A stretch of 64,000 nucleotides of DNA, from contig JAGMDC010000003.1 in assembly GCA_023128895.1 (NCBI GenBank), positions 70,514 through 134,513 of the forward strand, given 5' to 3'. A program made the position numbers and the translations under genes. The notes beneath the pieces were generated by a model. The model was given only the letters and a program-made list of their open reading frames with translations. It did not search any database and had not been told where the DNA came from. Every line of letters begins with the position of its first letter. The first letter of the stretch is position 1. This DNA comes from Candidatus Parcubacteria bacterium (lineage in GTDB: Bacteria > Patescibacteriota > Minisyncoccia > Minisyncoccales > JAGMDC01). Below are positions 48,396 to 58,672 of the stretch, one piece after another.

Positions 48396-48526
48396 CTTTT
48401 TTTTCTAATCAAAAACTGAGCGCTAGCCCAGTTTTTAATATACAGACTAGTTTAATTTTTCATTTATCAATTTTGGAATATGTGCCTAAAACAATTGTCA
48501 TATTCTTAAAATTTATTCAAAAACAT

Positions 48527-48859
48527 TCACATTTTAATTTCAATATCCACGCCAGCAGGCAAAGTCAAATTTGTCAAAGCGTCAATAATCCTTGAATTTG
48601 GATTTAAGATGTCAATCAGCCGCTTGTGGGTTCTCATTTCAAACTGTTCTCTGCTGTCTTTATGGATAAAAGTAGACCTATTCACAGTATATTTGTGAAT
48701 TTCTGTTGGCAAAGGAATAGGCCCTAAAACCTCGGCTCCATAACGCAAAGCAGTCTCCACGATTTGTCGACTGCTTGTGTCAATTACTTTATGGTCGTAA
48801 GCCCGAAGTTTTATCCGTAATTTTGGCTTAACTTCTTCTGCTAATTTTTTTGTTGCCAT
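48527..48859 (-). CDS. rpsJ: 30S ribosomal protein S10
   Basis: [28 protein letters not shown]. Confidence 0.98.
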   Translation of the reverse strand: MATKKLAEEVKPKLRIKLRAYDHKVIDTSSRQIVETALRYGAEVLGPIPLPTEIHKYTVNRSTFIHKDSREQFEMRTHKRLIDILNPNSRIIDALTNLTLPAGVDIEIKM

Positions 48860-48903
48860 CTTAAAGAACTTTTGTCTAAATTATGAATTATGAATTCTTA
48901 ATT

Positions 48904-50103
48904 CTATTTTATGATTTTTGTTACTACCCCTGCTCCCACTGTTTTGCCGCCTTCTCTGATAGCAAATCTCTGCTGTTCTTCCATAGCAATAGGAACAATT
49001 AATTTGATTTTCAGAGTGGCCGTATCTCCTGGCATAACCATTTCTGTTCCTTCCGGCAAGACCACATCTCCCGTAACATCAGTTGTTCTGAAATAAAACT
49101 GCGGCTTGTATCCGCTGAAAAACGGAGAATGCCTTCCTCCTTCTTCTTTACTCAATACGTAAACCTCTCCATCAAATTCAGTATGAGGCGTAATGGTTCC
49201 CGGTTTTGACAAAACTTGGCCTCTTTCAACATCTTCTTTTTTAAGTCCGCGCAATAAAACCCCGACATTATCCCCTGCTCGCGCTTCGTCCAATGTTTTA
49301 TTAAACATCTCCATGCTCACCGCAACTGTTTTTTGGGTTGGTTTGATTCCAACAACCTCTATTTCGTCGTTTGAATGAATAACGCCTCTTTCAACTCTGC
49401 CCGTTGGCACAGTCCCCCTGCCAGCAATAGAAAACACATCCTCAACAGCCATTAAAAACGGCTTGTCAATGTCTCTTTCCGGTTCTGGAATAAATTCGTC
49501 CACCTTGTCCATCAACTCCAAAATTGGCTTTATATTTTCATCGTCAACAGATTTGCCTTCCAAAGCTTTTAACGCGGAACCTCTTATAATAGGAACTTTA
49601 TCTCCGGGATATTCATATTTGGTTAAAAGTTCGCGAATTTCCGATTCCACTAAATCAATAATTTCTGGGTCGTCCACTGCGTCGCATTTATTCAAAAATA
49701 CCACTAATGAAGGCAGGCCAACCTGGCGAGCCAAAAGAATATGCTCTCTTGTCTGCGGCATAGCGCCGTCAGGAGCGGAAACAACTAAAATCGCTCCGTC
49801 CATCTGCGCCGCGCCAGTCACCATATTTTTAATATAATCAGCGTGCCCTGGGCAATCAATATGCGCGTAATGGCGTTTTTCCGTTTCATATTCAACATGG
49901 CAGACATTAATAGTAACGCCGCGCTCTTTTTCCTCCGGTGCTGAATCAATCTCGCTCACGCCTTTTTCGCTCGCTTTCAGGCCTTTTAATTTAAGCGCGT
50001 GTAAAATCGCGGCTGTTAAAGTGGTTTTGCCGTGATCCACATGGCCAATAGTGCCGATATTCAAATGAGGTTTTACTCTCTCAAATTTTTCTTTCTCTGC
50101 CAT
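48904..50103 (-). CDS. tuf: elongation factor Tu
   Basis: [31 protein letters not shown]; start MAEKEKF. Confidence 0.99.
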   Translation of the reverse strand: MAEKEKFERVKPHLNIGTIGHVDHGKTTLTAAILHALKLKGLKASEKGVSEIDSAPEEKERGVTINVCHVEYETEKRHYAHIDCPGHADYIKNMVTGAAQMDGAILVVSAPDGAMPQTREHILLARQVGLPSLVVFLNKCDAVDDPEIIDLVESEIRELLTKYEYPGDKVPIIRGSALKALEGKSVDDENIKPILELMDKVDEFIPEPERDIDKPFLMAVEDVFSIAGRGTVPTGRVERGVIHSNDEIEVVGIKPTQKTVAVSMEMFNKTLDEARAGDNVGVLLRGLKKEDVERGQVLSKPGTITPHTEFDGEVYVLSKEEGGRHSPFFSGYKPQFYFRTTDVTGDVVLPEGTEMVMPGDTATLKIKLIVPIAMEEQQRFAIREGGKTVGAGVVTKIIK

Positions 50104-50261
50104 GAAAAACTTAAAACTTGAAACATACCTGCCTGCCGATAGGCAGGAAACTTGAAACTTAATTAAAGGTTTCAAATTTTATATCTCAAATTCATAAAAT
50201 TATATTATGTTATATTATGTTAATATATCAAAATTAAAAAAAAAGTCAACAGTTATTCATC

Positions 50262-50561
50262 TTACACAGGTAAATTCTCAATATCTGCTTCTTCATCTTC
50301 TTCCTGGATAGGTATTTCTAAAAAATTCTTGCCTTCCTGGCTCAAACCTTCCTGCTCGCGCTCGCGTTCCTTGTCCTGCTCCTGCTTCTTATCCTGCTCA
50401 ATTATTAAATCCGCTTTGTCAAAAGGGTTGTTCTTATATCCTTCCACTATCTTTTTATAATCACCGAAACTCATCACAGTTAAAACAGGCCTGCCGTCCT
50501 CAACAATTATAAACTTGCCGCCGTCTTTTTCTATTAAATTTTTAATCTCATCTAAATTCAT
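50262..50561 (-). CDS. hypothetical protein (Phd/YefM-like N-terminus, acidic tail)
   Basis: KFIIVEDGRPVLTVMSFGDY resembles the Phd/YefM beta-beta-alpha pattern. Confidence 0.6.
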   Translation of the reverse strand: MNLDEIKNLIEKDGGKFIIVEDGRPVLTVMSFGDYKKIVEGYKNNPFDKADLIIEQDKKQEQDKEREREQEGLSQEGKNFLEIPIQEEDEEADIENLPV

Positions 50562-50728
50562 ATAATTTACTTATAGCAAACTTTCCAAAAAAAATCAAAT
50601 TATTAAATAAAAATTTTTACTGTCGAACAACAGCATCAAATAATTTCAAACCCATAGACCAGTCCGTAGGTCTATCTTTAAAACTAACAATTGGAATTCA
50701 AAAATTATTTCTCGCTCTCATCTTCATC

Positions 50729-50953
50729 CTAGTTTTCGCTCACTTTTTCTAATTTCTCGCGGGTTTCCTCTAATTCTTTTTGCTTTTTATTCTCTTCCGC
50801 TTCCTGAACAAGTTTCATCCTGGTGGTTTTTTCTAATTTCTCTTTATCCGGTTTCAAGCCCCCTTTTTCTTCTTTAGTTCCTCCCGTATCTTTTTCCACT
50901 AATCTTCTTCGAACTCCTTTAAAATAACTTTTCTCTAAAAAACCTCTTGGCAT
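50729..50953 (-). CDS. small charged hypothetical protein
   Basis: 74-aa K/E-rich ORF between fusA and tuf. Confidence 0.6.
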   Translation of the reverse strand: MPRGFLEKSYFKGVRRRLVEKDTGGTKEEKGGLKPDKEKLEKTTRMKLVQEAEENKKQKELEETREKLEKVSEN

Positions 50954-51118
50954 AATTTTTATAATTTTTTATTTATATTTTGAACCCGACCTTTTTCAAT
51001 CGATTTTTTGAATTCCTTATTTTTGTAATTCTGATATTCTCCATATTTAACATATTCTATCACAAATAGAATTTTATGGAAAACTAAAATGTCCCGAGAA
51101 ATATTCTCGGGACATTTT

Positions 51119-51174
51119 CTTATTCTATATTCTATATTCTATATTCTATATTCTATATTCTATATTCTATATTC
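51119..51174. repeat. heptamer tandem repeat (TATTCTA)n
   Basis: About 8 copies overlapping the fusA stop codon. Confidence 0.9.
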
Positions 51175-53272
51175 TCTTGCCTTCAATGATTTCTTGTGTG
51201 ATGTTTGCAGGTATCTCTTCATAATCGTCAAATTCCATTGTGAAATTGCCTCTGCCCTGCGTCAGAGAACGTAAAGCAGTAGCATACCCAAACATTTCAG
51301 ATAAAGGAATTTTCGCGCTTATAACTTTCGTATTCAACCTATCTTCTGTTTCTTCAATCTTGCCGCGTCTGCTGGACAAATCGCCGATAACATCGCCGAA
51401 AAATTCTTCTGGAATAACTACTTCTAATTTCATAATTGGTTCTAATAGATACGCTTGCGCGCGCTTAGCCGCGCTCTGCAAAGCCATTGACCCGGCAATT
51501 TTAAACGCGATTTCAGAAGAATCAACCTCGTGGAAAGACCCGTCATATAGGGCGCAGGACAAATCAATCAATGGATAACCAGCCACAACGCCTTTTGACA
51601 TTGCTTCTTTAATTCCTTTTTCTACCGCCGAAATAAATTCTTTTGGAATAACTCCTCCTTTTATCTCGTCAATAAATTCAAAGCCCTCTCCTCTTTCTTT
51701 TGGCTCAACTCTGACCCAAACATGGCCGTATTGTCCCCTGCCGCCTGACTGCTTAATGTATTTCGCTTCTGCTTGAGCTTCTGTCTTAATTGTTTCTTTA
51801 TACGCAACCTGGGGCCTGCCAACATTTGCTTCAACATTAAATTCTCTTTTCATTCTATCCACAAGAATATCCAAATGAAGTTCGCCCATTCCGGAAATAA
51901 TTGTTTCGCCGGTGTCCGGGTCTCCTTTAATTTTGAAAGTCGGGTCTTCGTCTGACAATTTTTTAAGCGCCAAGCCCATTTTCTCCTGGTCTGCTTTTGT
52001 CTTTGGTTCAATGCGGATGGAAATTACCGGCTCTGGGAAAGTAATCTCTTCTAAAATCACAGGAGCGTTTTCCGCGCACAAACTATTTCCAGTTCCAGTA
52101 TTTTTAAGACCCACTGTTGCCGCGATGTCGCCGGCAAATAATTCATCAACCTCCTCCCTTTCCGCGGCATGCATTCTCAAAATTCTTCCCAAACGCTCTT
52201 TTTCGCCAGTATTGGCGTTTACGATATAAGAACCCTTTATTATAGAACCGGAATAAACTCTGAAATATGTCAAGGTTCCCACATAAGGGTCTGCGGCGAT
52301 TTTGAAAGCCAAAGCGCAGAACGGTTCGTCATCGCTTGCTTTCTTTTCAACCTCCTTGTTTGTCTTGGGGTCTATGCCTTTAATTGGAGGCAGGTCAACA
52401 GGCGAAGGCAGGTAATCAACAGCAGCGTCCAATACCAGCTGAACTCCGGTATTTTTCAGCGCTGAACCGCAAAATACTGGAATCAGTTTATAGTCAATAG
52501 TTGCTTTTCTTAAAACTTGTTTGATTTTCTCAACAGGAATTTCTTTGCCGGCAAGATATTGCTCCAACATTTCCGCATCTTCCGCAGCAACTTTTTCAAT
52601 AAGTTTTTCGCGCCATTTTTTCGCGTCGTCTAATAAATCCGCAGGAACCTCTTCTTCCTTCACTTCCTCGCCTAACTTGCCCCCAAATCTCATTGCCTTC
52701 ATAGACAGCAAATCAATCACGCCTTTAAGATTTTCTTCCAAACCAATGGGAATCTGCATTGCTACAGCATTAGGGGAAAGTTTTTGCCCAATTGAAGCAA
52801 AACTCTTTTCAAAAGACGCGCCCATTCTGTCTAATTTATTTATAAAACAAATTCTTGGAACATTAAATTTATCTGCCTGTCGCCACACTGTTTCTGACTG
52901 CGGCTCCACTCCGGCAACTCCGTCAAAAACAACCACAGCGCCGTCCAGTACCCGCAGAGACCTTTGGACCTCCACTGTAAAGTCAATATGTCCGGGAGTG
53001 TCAATAATATTTATCCTGTGTTCATTGGTCTTGTCTTTTGTGGTATATTCTCTTGGAGACCAAAAACAAGTTGTTGCCGCGGAAGTAATGGTTATACCTC
53101 TTTCCCGCTCCTGTTCCATCCAGTCCATAACTGCCTCGCCCTCGTGGACTTCGCCGATTTTATGGGAAATTCCCGTGTAAAACAAAACACGCTCGGTAAA
53201 TGTTGTCTTGCCGGCGTCAATATGAGCTATTATACCTATGTTACGATATTTTTCTATTGAATATTTGCGCAT
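51167..53272 (-). CDS. fusA: elongation factor G
   Basis: [39 protein letters not shown]. Confidence 0.99.
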   Translation of the reverse strand: MRKYSIEKYRNIGIIAHIDAGKTTFTERVLFYTGISHKIGEVHEGEAVMDWMEQERERGITITSAATTCFWSPREYTTKDKTNEHRINIIDTPGHIDFTVEVQRSLRVLDGAVVVFDGVAGVEPQSETVWRQADKFNVPRICFINKLDRMGASFEKSFASIGQKLSPNAVAMQIPIGLEENLKGVIDLLSMKAMRFGGKLGEEVKEEEVPADLLDDAKKWREKLIEKVAAEDAEMLEQYLAGKEIPVEKIKQVLRKATIDYKLIPVFCGSALKNTGVQLVLDAAVDYLPSPVDLPPIKGIDPKTNKEVEKKASDDEPFCALAFKIAADPYVGTLTYFRVYSGSIIKGSYIVNANTGEKERLGRILRMHAAEREEVDELFAGDIAATVGLKNTGTGNSLCAENAPVILEEITFPEPVISIRIEPKTKADQEKMGLALKKLSDEDPTFKIKGDPDTGETIISGMGELHLDILVDRMKREFNVEANVGRPQVAYKETIKTEAQAEAKYIKQSGGRGQYGHVWVRVEPKERGEGFEFIDEIKGGVIPKEFISAVEKGIKEAMSKGVVAGYPLIDLSCALYDGSFHEVDSSEIAFKIAGSMALQSAAKRAQAYLLEPIMKLEVVIPEEFFGDVIGDLSSRRGKIEETEDRLNTKVISAKIPLSEMFGYATALRSLTQGRGNFTMEFDDYEEIPANITQEIIEGKRI

Positions 53273-53413
53273 AAAATAATTACTACCACAAAGTCAGCAA
53301 AAAATAAATCAGAATTAATACTAAAATAAAAGTAAAAATGAAATCTATTGGACCAGCCATAAGAATAGAATTTAGAATATAGAATTTAGAAGAATTATTC
53401 CAGATTCTATATT

Positions 53414-53881
53414 CTATCTGGCGAAATGGGCGAAGGCGCGGTTTGCGTCTGCCATACGATGTGTGTCGTTTTTCTTTTTCACCGCGGATCCCTCATTACT
53501 AGACGCGGCAATCAATTCTTCCGCTAATTTTTCTTTCATTGGCTTGCCCTTTTTTGCCTTAGACGCGTTTATCAGCCACCTCATAGCCAAACTAATTTTC
53601 CTCTCCCCTCTCACTTCTCTTGGAACTTGGTAAACAGCTCCTCCAATTCTTTTTGACTTTACTTCCATATCTGGCGCGGCATTCGCCATTGCCAAATCAA
53701 AAATCTCTAATGGATCTTTCTTTGTTTTTTCTTTAATAATGTCAAAAGCGCTATAAACGATTTTTACAGCAATAGTTTTCTTGCCTTTGCGCATTATCTG
53801 GTTGATAAATTTGGCAACCATTACATTGTCATACACAATATCCCCTGGAATTATTCTTTTTGAAATTTTTTTGCGAGCCAT
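53414..53881 (-). CDS. rpsG: 30S ribosomal protein S7
   Basis: [30 protein letters not shown]. Confidence 0.98.
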   Translation of the reverse strand: MARKKISKRIIPGDIVYDNVMVAKFINQIMRKGKKTIAVKIVYSAFDIIKEKTKKDPLEIFDLAMANAAPDMEVKSKRIGGAVYQVPREVRGERKISLAMRWLINASKAKKGKPMKEKLAEELIAASSNEGSAVKKKNDTHRMADANRAFAHFAR

Positions 53882-53889
53882 AATAAATA

Positions 53890-54300
53890 TTATTTTGGTT
53901 TCTTGGTGCCATACTTGCTTCTTACTTGTTTTCGCCCTTCCACTCCGCCAGTATCCAAAACGCCCCTCACAATATGATACCGCACTCCGGGCAAATCCTT
54001 TACTCTGCCTCCCCTTAATACAACAACTGAATGCTCCTGTAAATTATGCCCAATGCCTGGAATATACGCTGTCACCTCCATTCCATTGCTCAACCGCACC
54101 CTTGCGACTTTGCGCATTGCTGAATTCGGCTTTTTGGGAGTAGTTGTAAAAACTTTTAAGCACACTCCCCTCTTGAAAGGAGAAGGATGTTTAATTGGCT
54201 TGTTTTTTAACACATTAAAACTGAAACTCAAAGCAGGCCTTTTAGTCGGCTTTTTCGCTGTTCTCCTATTTTTTTTAAGTAATTGATGAATTGTCGGCAT
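53890..54300 (-). CDS. rpsL: 30S ribosomal protein S12
   Basis: [34 protein letters not shown]. Confidence 0.99.
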   Translation of the reverse strand: MPTIHQLLKKNRRTAKKPTKRPALSFSFNVLKNKPIKHPSPFKRGVCLKVFTTTPKKPNSAMRKVARVRLSNGMEVTAYIPGIGHNLQEHSVVVLRGGRVKDLPGVRYHIVRGVLDTGGVEGRKQVRSKYGTKKPK

Positions 54301-54593
54301 AATAAAATCATTAACGAATTATTCAATTAACGAATTAACGAATTACGAATTAAAATAATTAAGCATAAGTATATATGCTTATATATAATCTAACAAAACG
54401 CAAAAAAAAAGTCAAATTTTGTAAAAAAAATTGCCCAAAATAGGATGCATTTTTCTGCTCGCTCCTGCCCGCAACGCTTCGCGTAGCGATGCAGGCGGGC
54501 GGAAAAGTAAATAAACTCGCTTCGCTCGCTTATTTTCTTTTCGCTCACTTCTCAAAAAAATGAGGACGCAGCGCGCCCCATAAATTATGTATA

Positions 54594-55457
54594 CTATATT
54601 GTCTCGAGTTTTTTTACGAGTTTATCGACTCTCCTATCGAGTTTCCTTCTAGAAATTTTACCCGAATTCCATTTTTTAGAAAGTTCTATAATCTCTGCCC
54701 GTTCTCTGCCAATCACTATTACTCCCTTATCCCGCAATTTTTCATAAACTCGCGCAGGTTTCTTCAAACCTTTTCTTGGATAGGTTTGCCATGTCAGCAT
54801 ATGGTCCGCCGCTTTCATGATCAGCTTTATTTGCTCTCTGTCAAGCCAGTCAAATCCGAGAAACTTATCTACACTATCCAACAAATTTTCGTGCGCAAAA
54901 ATTTCATTTGCTAAACTCTCTACCGTGCCATGGCATACCATCTGATATATAATCTCCCGCAAGACTTGAGTTCTATACTCTTTCTCGTCTATCCCGACTT
55001 CCTTCACTGCTTCAATCATCTTCTCCACATTATGCGGAAAAGATAATTTACTCGTATTCAGAAACATCTCTTTCCACGGCTCTTTATCTAAACCCTGGCC
55101 TATTCTCTGCGAAAACTGGCTCACTGTTCTTACTTCCTCAACAGTGAAATGTCTGCGGATATCCCTGAACAAAAGGAGCAAACTCGTTCGTCCCAAACTA
55201 ACCATGTCTAATGTTGTGAGCAAACGCAAATCAATGTCTGCAGGAATTTTCAATATTGCTTCCAGCACATCTAGCCAATTTCTCTTGCGCCACGCGTCCC
55301 AAACTTTGCTAATTTGCTCATTTAAGAACAAATTCTTTTGCTCGCTGAAAAATTCCTCGCCCGCCGCGTCCAGAAATCCTATTTCTGAAAGATATGCAAA
55401 CTCTTCTTCTTTCAAAACCGATTTTGCTTTTATTTCTTCTTCCACTTTTATACCCAT
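54594..55457 (-). CDS. hypothetical protein, paralog B
   Basis: 287 aa; N-terminal ~130 aa nearly identical to 56024-56887; SD AAGGAGGT. Confidence 0.8.
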   Translation of the reverse strand: MGIKVEEEIKAKSVLKEEEFAYLSEIGFLDAAGEEFFSEQKNLFLNEQISKVWDAWRKRNWLDVLEAILKIPADIDLRLLTTLDMVSLGRTSLLLLFRDIRRHFTVEEVRTVSQFSQRIGQGLDKEPWKEMFLNTSKLSFPHNVEKMIEAVKEVGIDEKEYRTQVLREIIYQMVCHGTVESLANEIFAHENLLDSVDKFLGFDWLDREQIKLIMKAADHMLTWQTYPRKGLKKPARVYEKLRDKGVIVIGRERAEIIELSKKWNSGKISRRKLDRRVDKLVKKLETI

Positions 55458-55458
55458 T

Positions 55459-55650
55459 TTATACCTCCTTTTTTTCTTTCAAATTCTGCTCCCATAATTC
55501 ATCTCTTCTCTCTTTTTCCGCTTTTTCCAACAGGACTTCGCAGCGCTTCACATTTTCCTGCGCTTCCTCCAACTCATTTTTTTTCAACTCAACATATGCC
55601 TTAGCAAGCCCAACTCTGGCCCTGCAAGACTCAACCTCTCTTTCGCCCAT
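55459..55650 (-). CDS. small coiled-coil protein, paralog B
   Basis: 63 aa ending LWEQNLKEKKEV like 56891-57079. Confidence 0.7.
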   Translation of the reverse strand: MGEREVESCRARVGLAKAYVELKKNELEEAQENVKRCEVLLEKAEKERRDELWEQNLKEKKEV

Positions 55651-56023
55651 TTTTTTTCCTATCTTTTCTGATCAAAACACTTTCCTTAGTATGCTTTCCT
55701 CTACAAATTGTAATGTGCTTCTCTGATATCCATTATATTACAATTTTCTCCTAAATTGTCAAATAACTTTCAGCGCGCCGAGGCCACAGCGAAGTGACCT
55801 CGGCAGAATACCTTCGCTTGATGGTGGGGTATTAAAAATGTATCCCTGAGGTACATTTGTAAAAAAAATTGCCCCAAATAGGATGCATTTTTCTGCTCGC
55901 TCCTGCCCGCAACGCTTCGCGTAGCGATGCAGGCGGGCGGAAAAGTAAATAAACTCGCTTCGCTCGCTTATTTTCTTTTCGCTCACTTCTCAAAAAAATG
56001 AGGACGCAGCGCGCCCCATCATA

Positions 56024-56887
56024 TTATTTTATTTCTATCGCAAGCCCGGCTTTCTTGATTACCCGCTTGACTTTCCTGACCATTTTTTCATATGAGAATT
56101 TATTTCTGTCGTATCCGTCGCGAATCTCTATTATCTTCTCTCTCGCTTCACCAATCCAGACATCGTGTCCCTCTTCTATTAGCGTTTTATACACATTGCA
56201 CGCGGCTCTAAAACTCTTTCGCGACAGCAGAGTATCACCTGCTTGTAACAGTTCTCTTGCGTGCATCTGTTGCCCGTGCATATACTTATCCATATATGCC
56301 ACAATTTCAACAAAATCACTGTTACCCTCTAGATATTCAACCAAACCTTGGTTTTCCTTGGTTATTTCAATCATGTGTTCCCAAATTACTTGTATATACT
56401 CGTCTTTGTCTATCCTTGTTTCCGCTACTGCTTCAATCATCTTTTCTATGCCGTCCTCCGCATCTGGAAAATACTTTCTTGCCATTTCCAGAAACATCTC
56501 TTTCCACGGCTCTTTATTTAAATCCTGACCTGCTCTCCGCGAAAACTGACTCACTGTTCTTACTTCCTCAATAGTGAAATGTCTGCGGATATTCCAGAAC
56601 AAAAGGAGCAAACTCGTTCGTCCCAAATTAACCATGTCTAATGTTGTGAGTAAACGCAAATCAATGTCTGAATCAATGTCTGCAGGAATTTTCAATATTG
56701 CTTCAAGCACGCCTAGCCAATTTCTCTCGTACCACGCGTCCCAAACTTTGCTAACTTGCTCATTTAAGAACAAATTCTTTTGCTCGCTGAAAAATTCCTC
56801 GTCTGCCGCATCCCAAAACCCTACTCCTAAAAGATACGCAAACTCTTCTTCTTTCAAAACCGATTTTGCTTTTATTTCTCCTACCAT
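56024..56887 (-). CDS. hypothetical protein, paralog A
   Basis: 287 aa; SD AAGGAGGT. Confidence 0.8.
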   Translation of the reverse strand: MVGEIKAKSVLKEEEFAYLLGVGFWDAADEEFFSEQKNLFLNEQVSKVWDAWYERNWLGVLEAILKIPADIDSDIDLRLLTTLDMVNLGRTSLLLLFWNIRRHFTIEEVRTVSQFSRRAGQDLNKEPWKEMFLEMARKYFPDAEDGIEKMIEAVAETRIDKDEYIQVIWEHMIEITKENQGLVEYLEGNSDFVEIVAYMDKYMHGQQMHARELLQAGDTLLSRKSFRAACNVYKTLIEEGHDVWIGEAREKIIEIRDGYDRNKFSYEKMVRKVKRVIKKAGLAIEIK

Positions 56888-56890
56888 ATC

Positions 56891-57079
56891 TTATACCTCC
56901 TTTTTTTCTTTCAAATTCTGCTCCCATAATTTATCGTCTTCCTCTTTTTCCACTTGTTCTAATTGTCCTTTCCAATACGCCAAATCTTCCATCGCTCCCT
57001 CAAATGCCACTCTTTTTCGCTCAACATCCATCTCTGCGGCCTCAACCATACGCTTACAATGCTCTTTTTTTTCTTCCAC
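56891..57079 (-). CDS. small coiled-coil protein, paralog A
   Basis: GTG start 8 nt after GGAGG; 62 aa. Confidence 0.7.
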   Translation of the reverse strand: MEEKKEHCKRMVEAAEMDVERKRVAFEGAMEDLAYWKGQLEQVEKEEDDKLWEQNLKEKKEV

Positions 57080-57230
57080 TTTTCATGCCTCCTTTTTTTT
57101 CTTTCATTATAGCACTCGCCTCAATATGCTTGCCTCTACAAATTGTAATGTGCTTCTTTGGTATCCATTATATTACAATTTTCTCCCAATTTGTCAAATA
57201 ACTTTTAGTGAATTTCACTCCCAAGCACAA

Positions 57231-57273
57231 TTAAAATGACAATCCGTGCCAACGCGCACGGATTGTCATTTTA
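57231..57273. terminator. long perfect-arm hairpin (terminator-like)
   Basis: TTAAAATGACAATCCGTGC/GCACGGATTGTCATTTTAA. Confidence 0.6.
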
Positions 57274-57310
57274 ATGATAATATTGCTTTCCCTCGTAGTT
57301 TTCGCACTTC

Positions 57311-57952
57311 TCAAAAGAACGGAACGCCGACGATTAAATAAAACAAATAGTTAATCAAAGGCAATATCCATTGAAGGCAGAAAAAAATCACGAAAAGCAA
57401 AATAAACAAACCGTACTGAGTTAAAATGATTTTTACATTTTCCATACTTCGCGGCAGAAACGCGAAAAGAATATGAGACCCGTCCAACGGCGGGATTGGC
57501 AAAAGATTAAACACTGCTAAAAGCAGATTAACCCATACAATATATCCGAAAACAAAAATCAAACTCTGGGAAAAATGGTCCATTCCAAAAGGCAAAAATC
57601 TCAATAATAACCCAAACACAATTGCCAATGAAATATTTGCCAAGGGTCCTGCGGCGCCGACTTTTGCCGCGCCGTATTTCTGGTCTCGGAAATTATACGG
57701 ATTTATTGGAACTGGCTTTGCCCAACCGAAAATCACGCCAGCGCCAGTAAGCATACTTGTTAAAATCAAAAACCCTGGCACAATGATAGAACCTATTGGG
57801 TCCAAGTGCTTTAATGGATTTAATGTCAGACGGCCAGCCATTTTCGCGGTGGGGTCGCCCAAAAAATTAGCGACTTCGCCGTGCGCAACCTCATGTATCA
57901 CAACCGAAAAAAGAAATATAATAATAATTAAAATCAATACAAAAATTTCCAT
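57311..57952 (-). CDS. site-2 protease family (M50) protein
   Basis: HEVAHG, GRLTLNPLKHLDP, FGWAKPVP, NLLPIPPLDGS. Confidence 0.93.
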   Translation of the reverse strand: MEIFVLILIIIIFLFSVVIHEVAHGEVANFLGDPTAKMAGRLTLNPLKHLDPIGSIIVPGFLILTSMLTGAGVIFGWAKPVPINPYNFRDQKYGAAKVGAAGPLANISLAIVFGLLLRFLPFGMDHFSQSLIFVFGYIVWVNLLLAVFNLLPIPPLDGSHILFAFLPRSMENVKIILTQYGLFILLFVIFFCLQWILPLINYLFYLIVGVPFF

Positions 57953-58053
57953 ATTTTTATTATATCAAAAAATCAAACTCTTGCCAAATTTTTGGAAATG
58001 GTCTATGATAACGATTGACTAATTATCATTTATCAGTAATCATTTATCTAATT

Positions 58054-58269
58054 ATGAAACAGTGTCCTATTTGCCAAAAAAAATCAATAATGGCACGAAA
58101 GTTGAACAAACTAAGGGGAAAGTATAACCCAAGCCCTAAAAAACGAAAATATCCCAATCTGCAATGGGTAAGAGTTCCTATGGATGTAAAACCAAAATTC
58201 AAGGAATTTGCGGGCAAAAGAATTCTTGCCTGCACAAAATGCATTAAATCGCTTTCAAAATTAAAATAA
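58054..58269 (+). CDS. rpmB: 50S ribosomal protein L28
   Basis: CPIC..., KRKYPNLQ, ACTKCIKS. Confidence 0.85.
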   Translation: MKQCPICQKKSIMARKLNKLRGKYNPSPKKRKYPNLQWVRVPMDVKPKFKEFAGKRILACTKCIKSLSKLK

Positions 58270-58317
58270 CAAAAGCCCTAATATCAGGGCTTTCGTTTTA
58301 TTTTCGGCGATTTTTTT

Positions 58318-58607
58318 TTACAAAAAAAATCCCGCATTTGCGAGATAAGTTAAAGCCCTGCGTTCTTTTTGTTGCAAAGATCACTAGATAGTCAAAGCCC
58401 TGCGTTCTCTTTAGAATCTGGAAAGCAATCCATAAGGGTGCTCCCTTTTGTTGCAAAGATCACTAGATAGTCAAAGCCCTGCGTTCTCTTTAGAATCTGG
58501 AAAGCAATCCACGTGGGTGTCCGCATACATAGCCCAAGGGCTATCTAAATATAGAACTCCCGAAGAAAACTTTTGTCCCAGAATCTATTTAGAAAACAAC
58601 AGGACCA
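58318..58607 (-). ncRNA. candidate small RNA or micropeptide transcript with internal repeats
   Basis: Promoter TTGACT-18-TACACT (58642-58613), terminator ATCTCGC-AAAT-GCGGGAT-T-run (58346-58322), no long ORF on this strand. Confidence 0.5.
58352..58511. repeat. 66-bp direct repeat with 79-bp period plus a 15-bp third partial copy
   Basis: 58367-58432 matches 58446-58511; AAAGCCCTGCGTTCT occurs three times. Confidence 0.9.
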
Positions 58608-58672
58608 TTATCAGTGTAGCATATTTTACCCCCAAAAGTCAATACTAAATTTTACAGCTGCGTAGGTCACTG

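Larger units (their letters stand above)
54418..57205 (-). repeat. tandem duplication of a ~1.35-kb two-gene unit (54418-55770 and 55856-57205)
   Basis: Shared promoter/leader, shared ORF-junction block and a shared ~160-bp palindromic 3' block. Confidence 0.92.

Noticed and set aside
17727-50175. Long N-terminal extensions given by the ORF track for frr, murA, murL, adk, rpsE and tuf
   Set aside because: They run through promoters or palindromic repeats; downstream ATGs match the family N-termini
55759-55986. 75-aa ORF between the duplicated units
   Set aside because: Made entirely of palindromic repeat sequence; the second copy of the block does not preserve it
58352-58511. Possible CRISPR mini-array (repeat begins GTTGCA)
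   Set aside because: Repeats are 66 bp, with only 13 bp between them and only two full copies; no cas genes in the window
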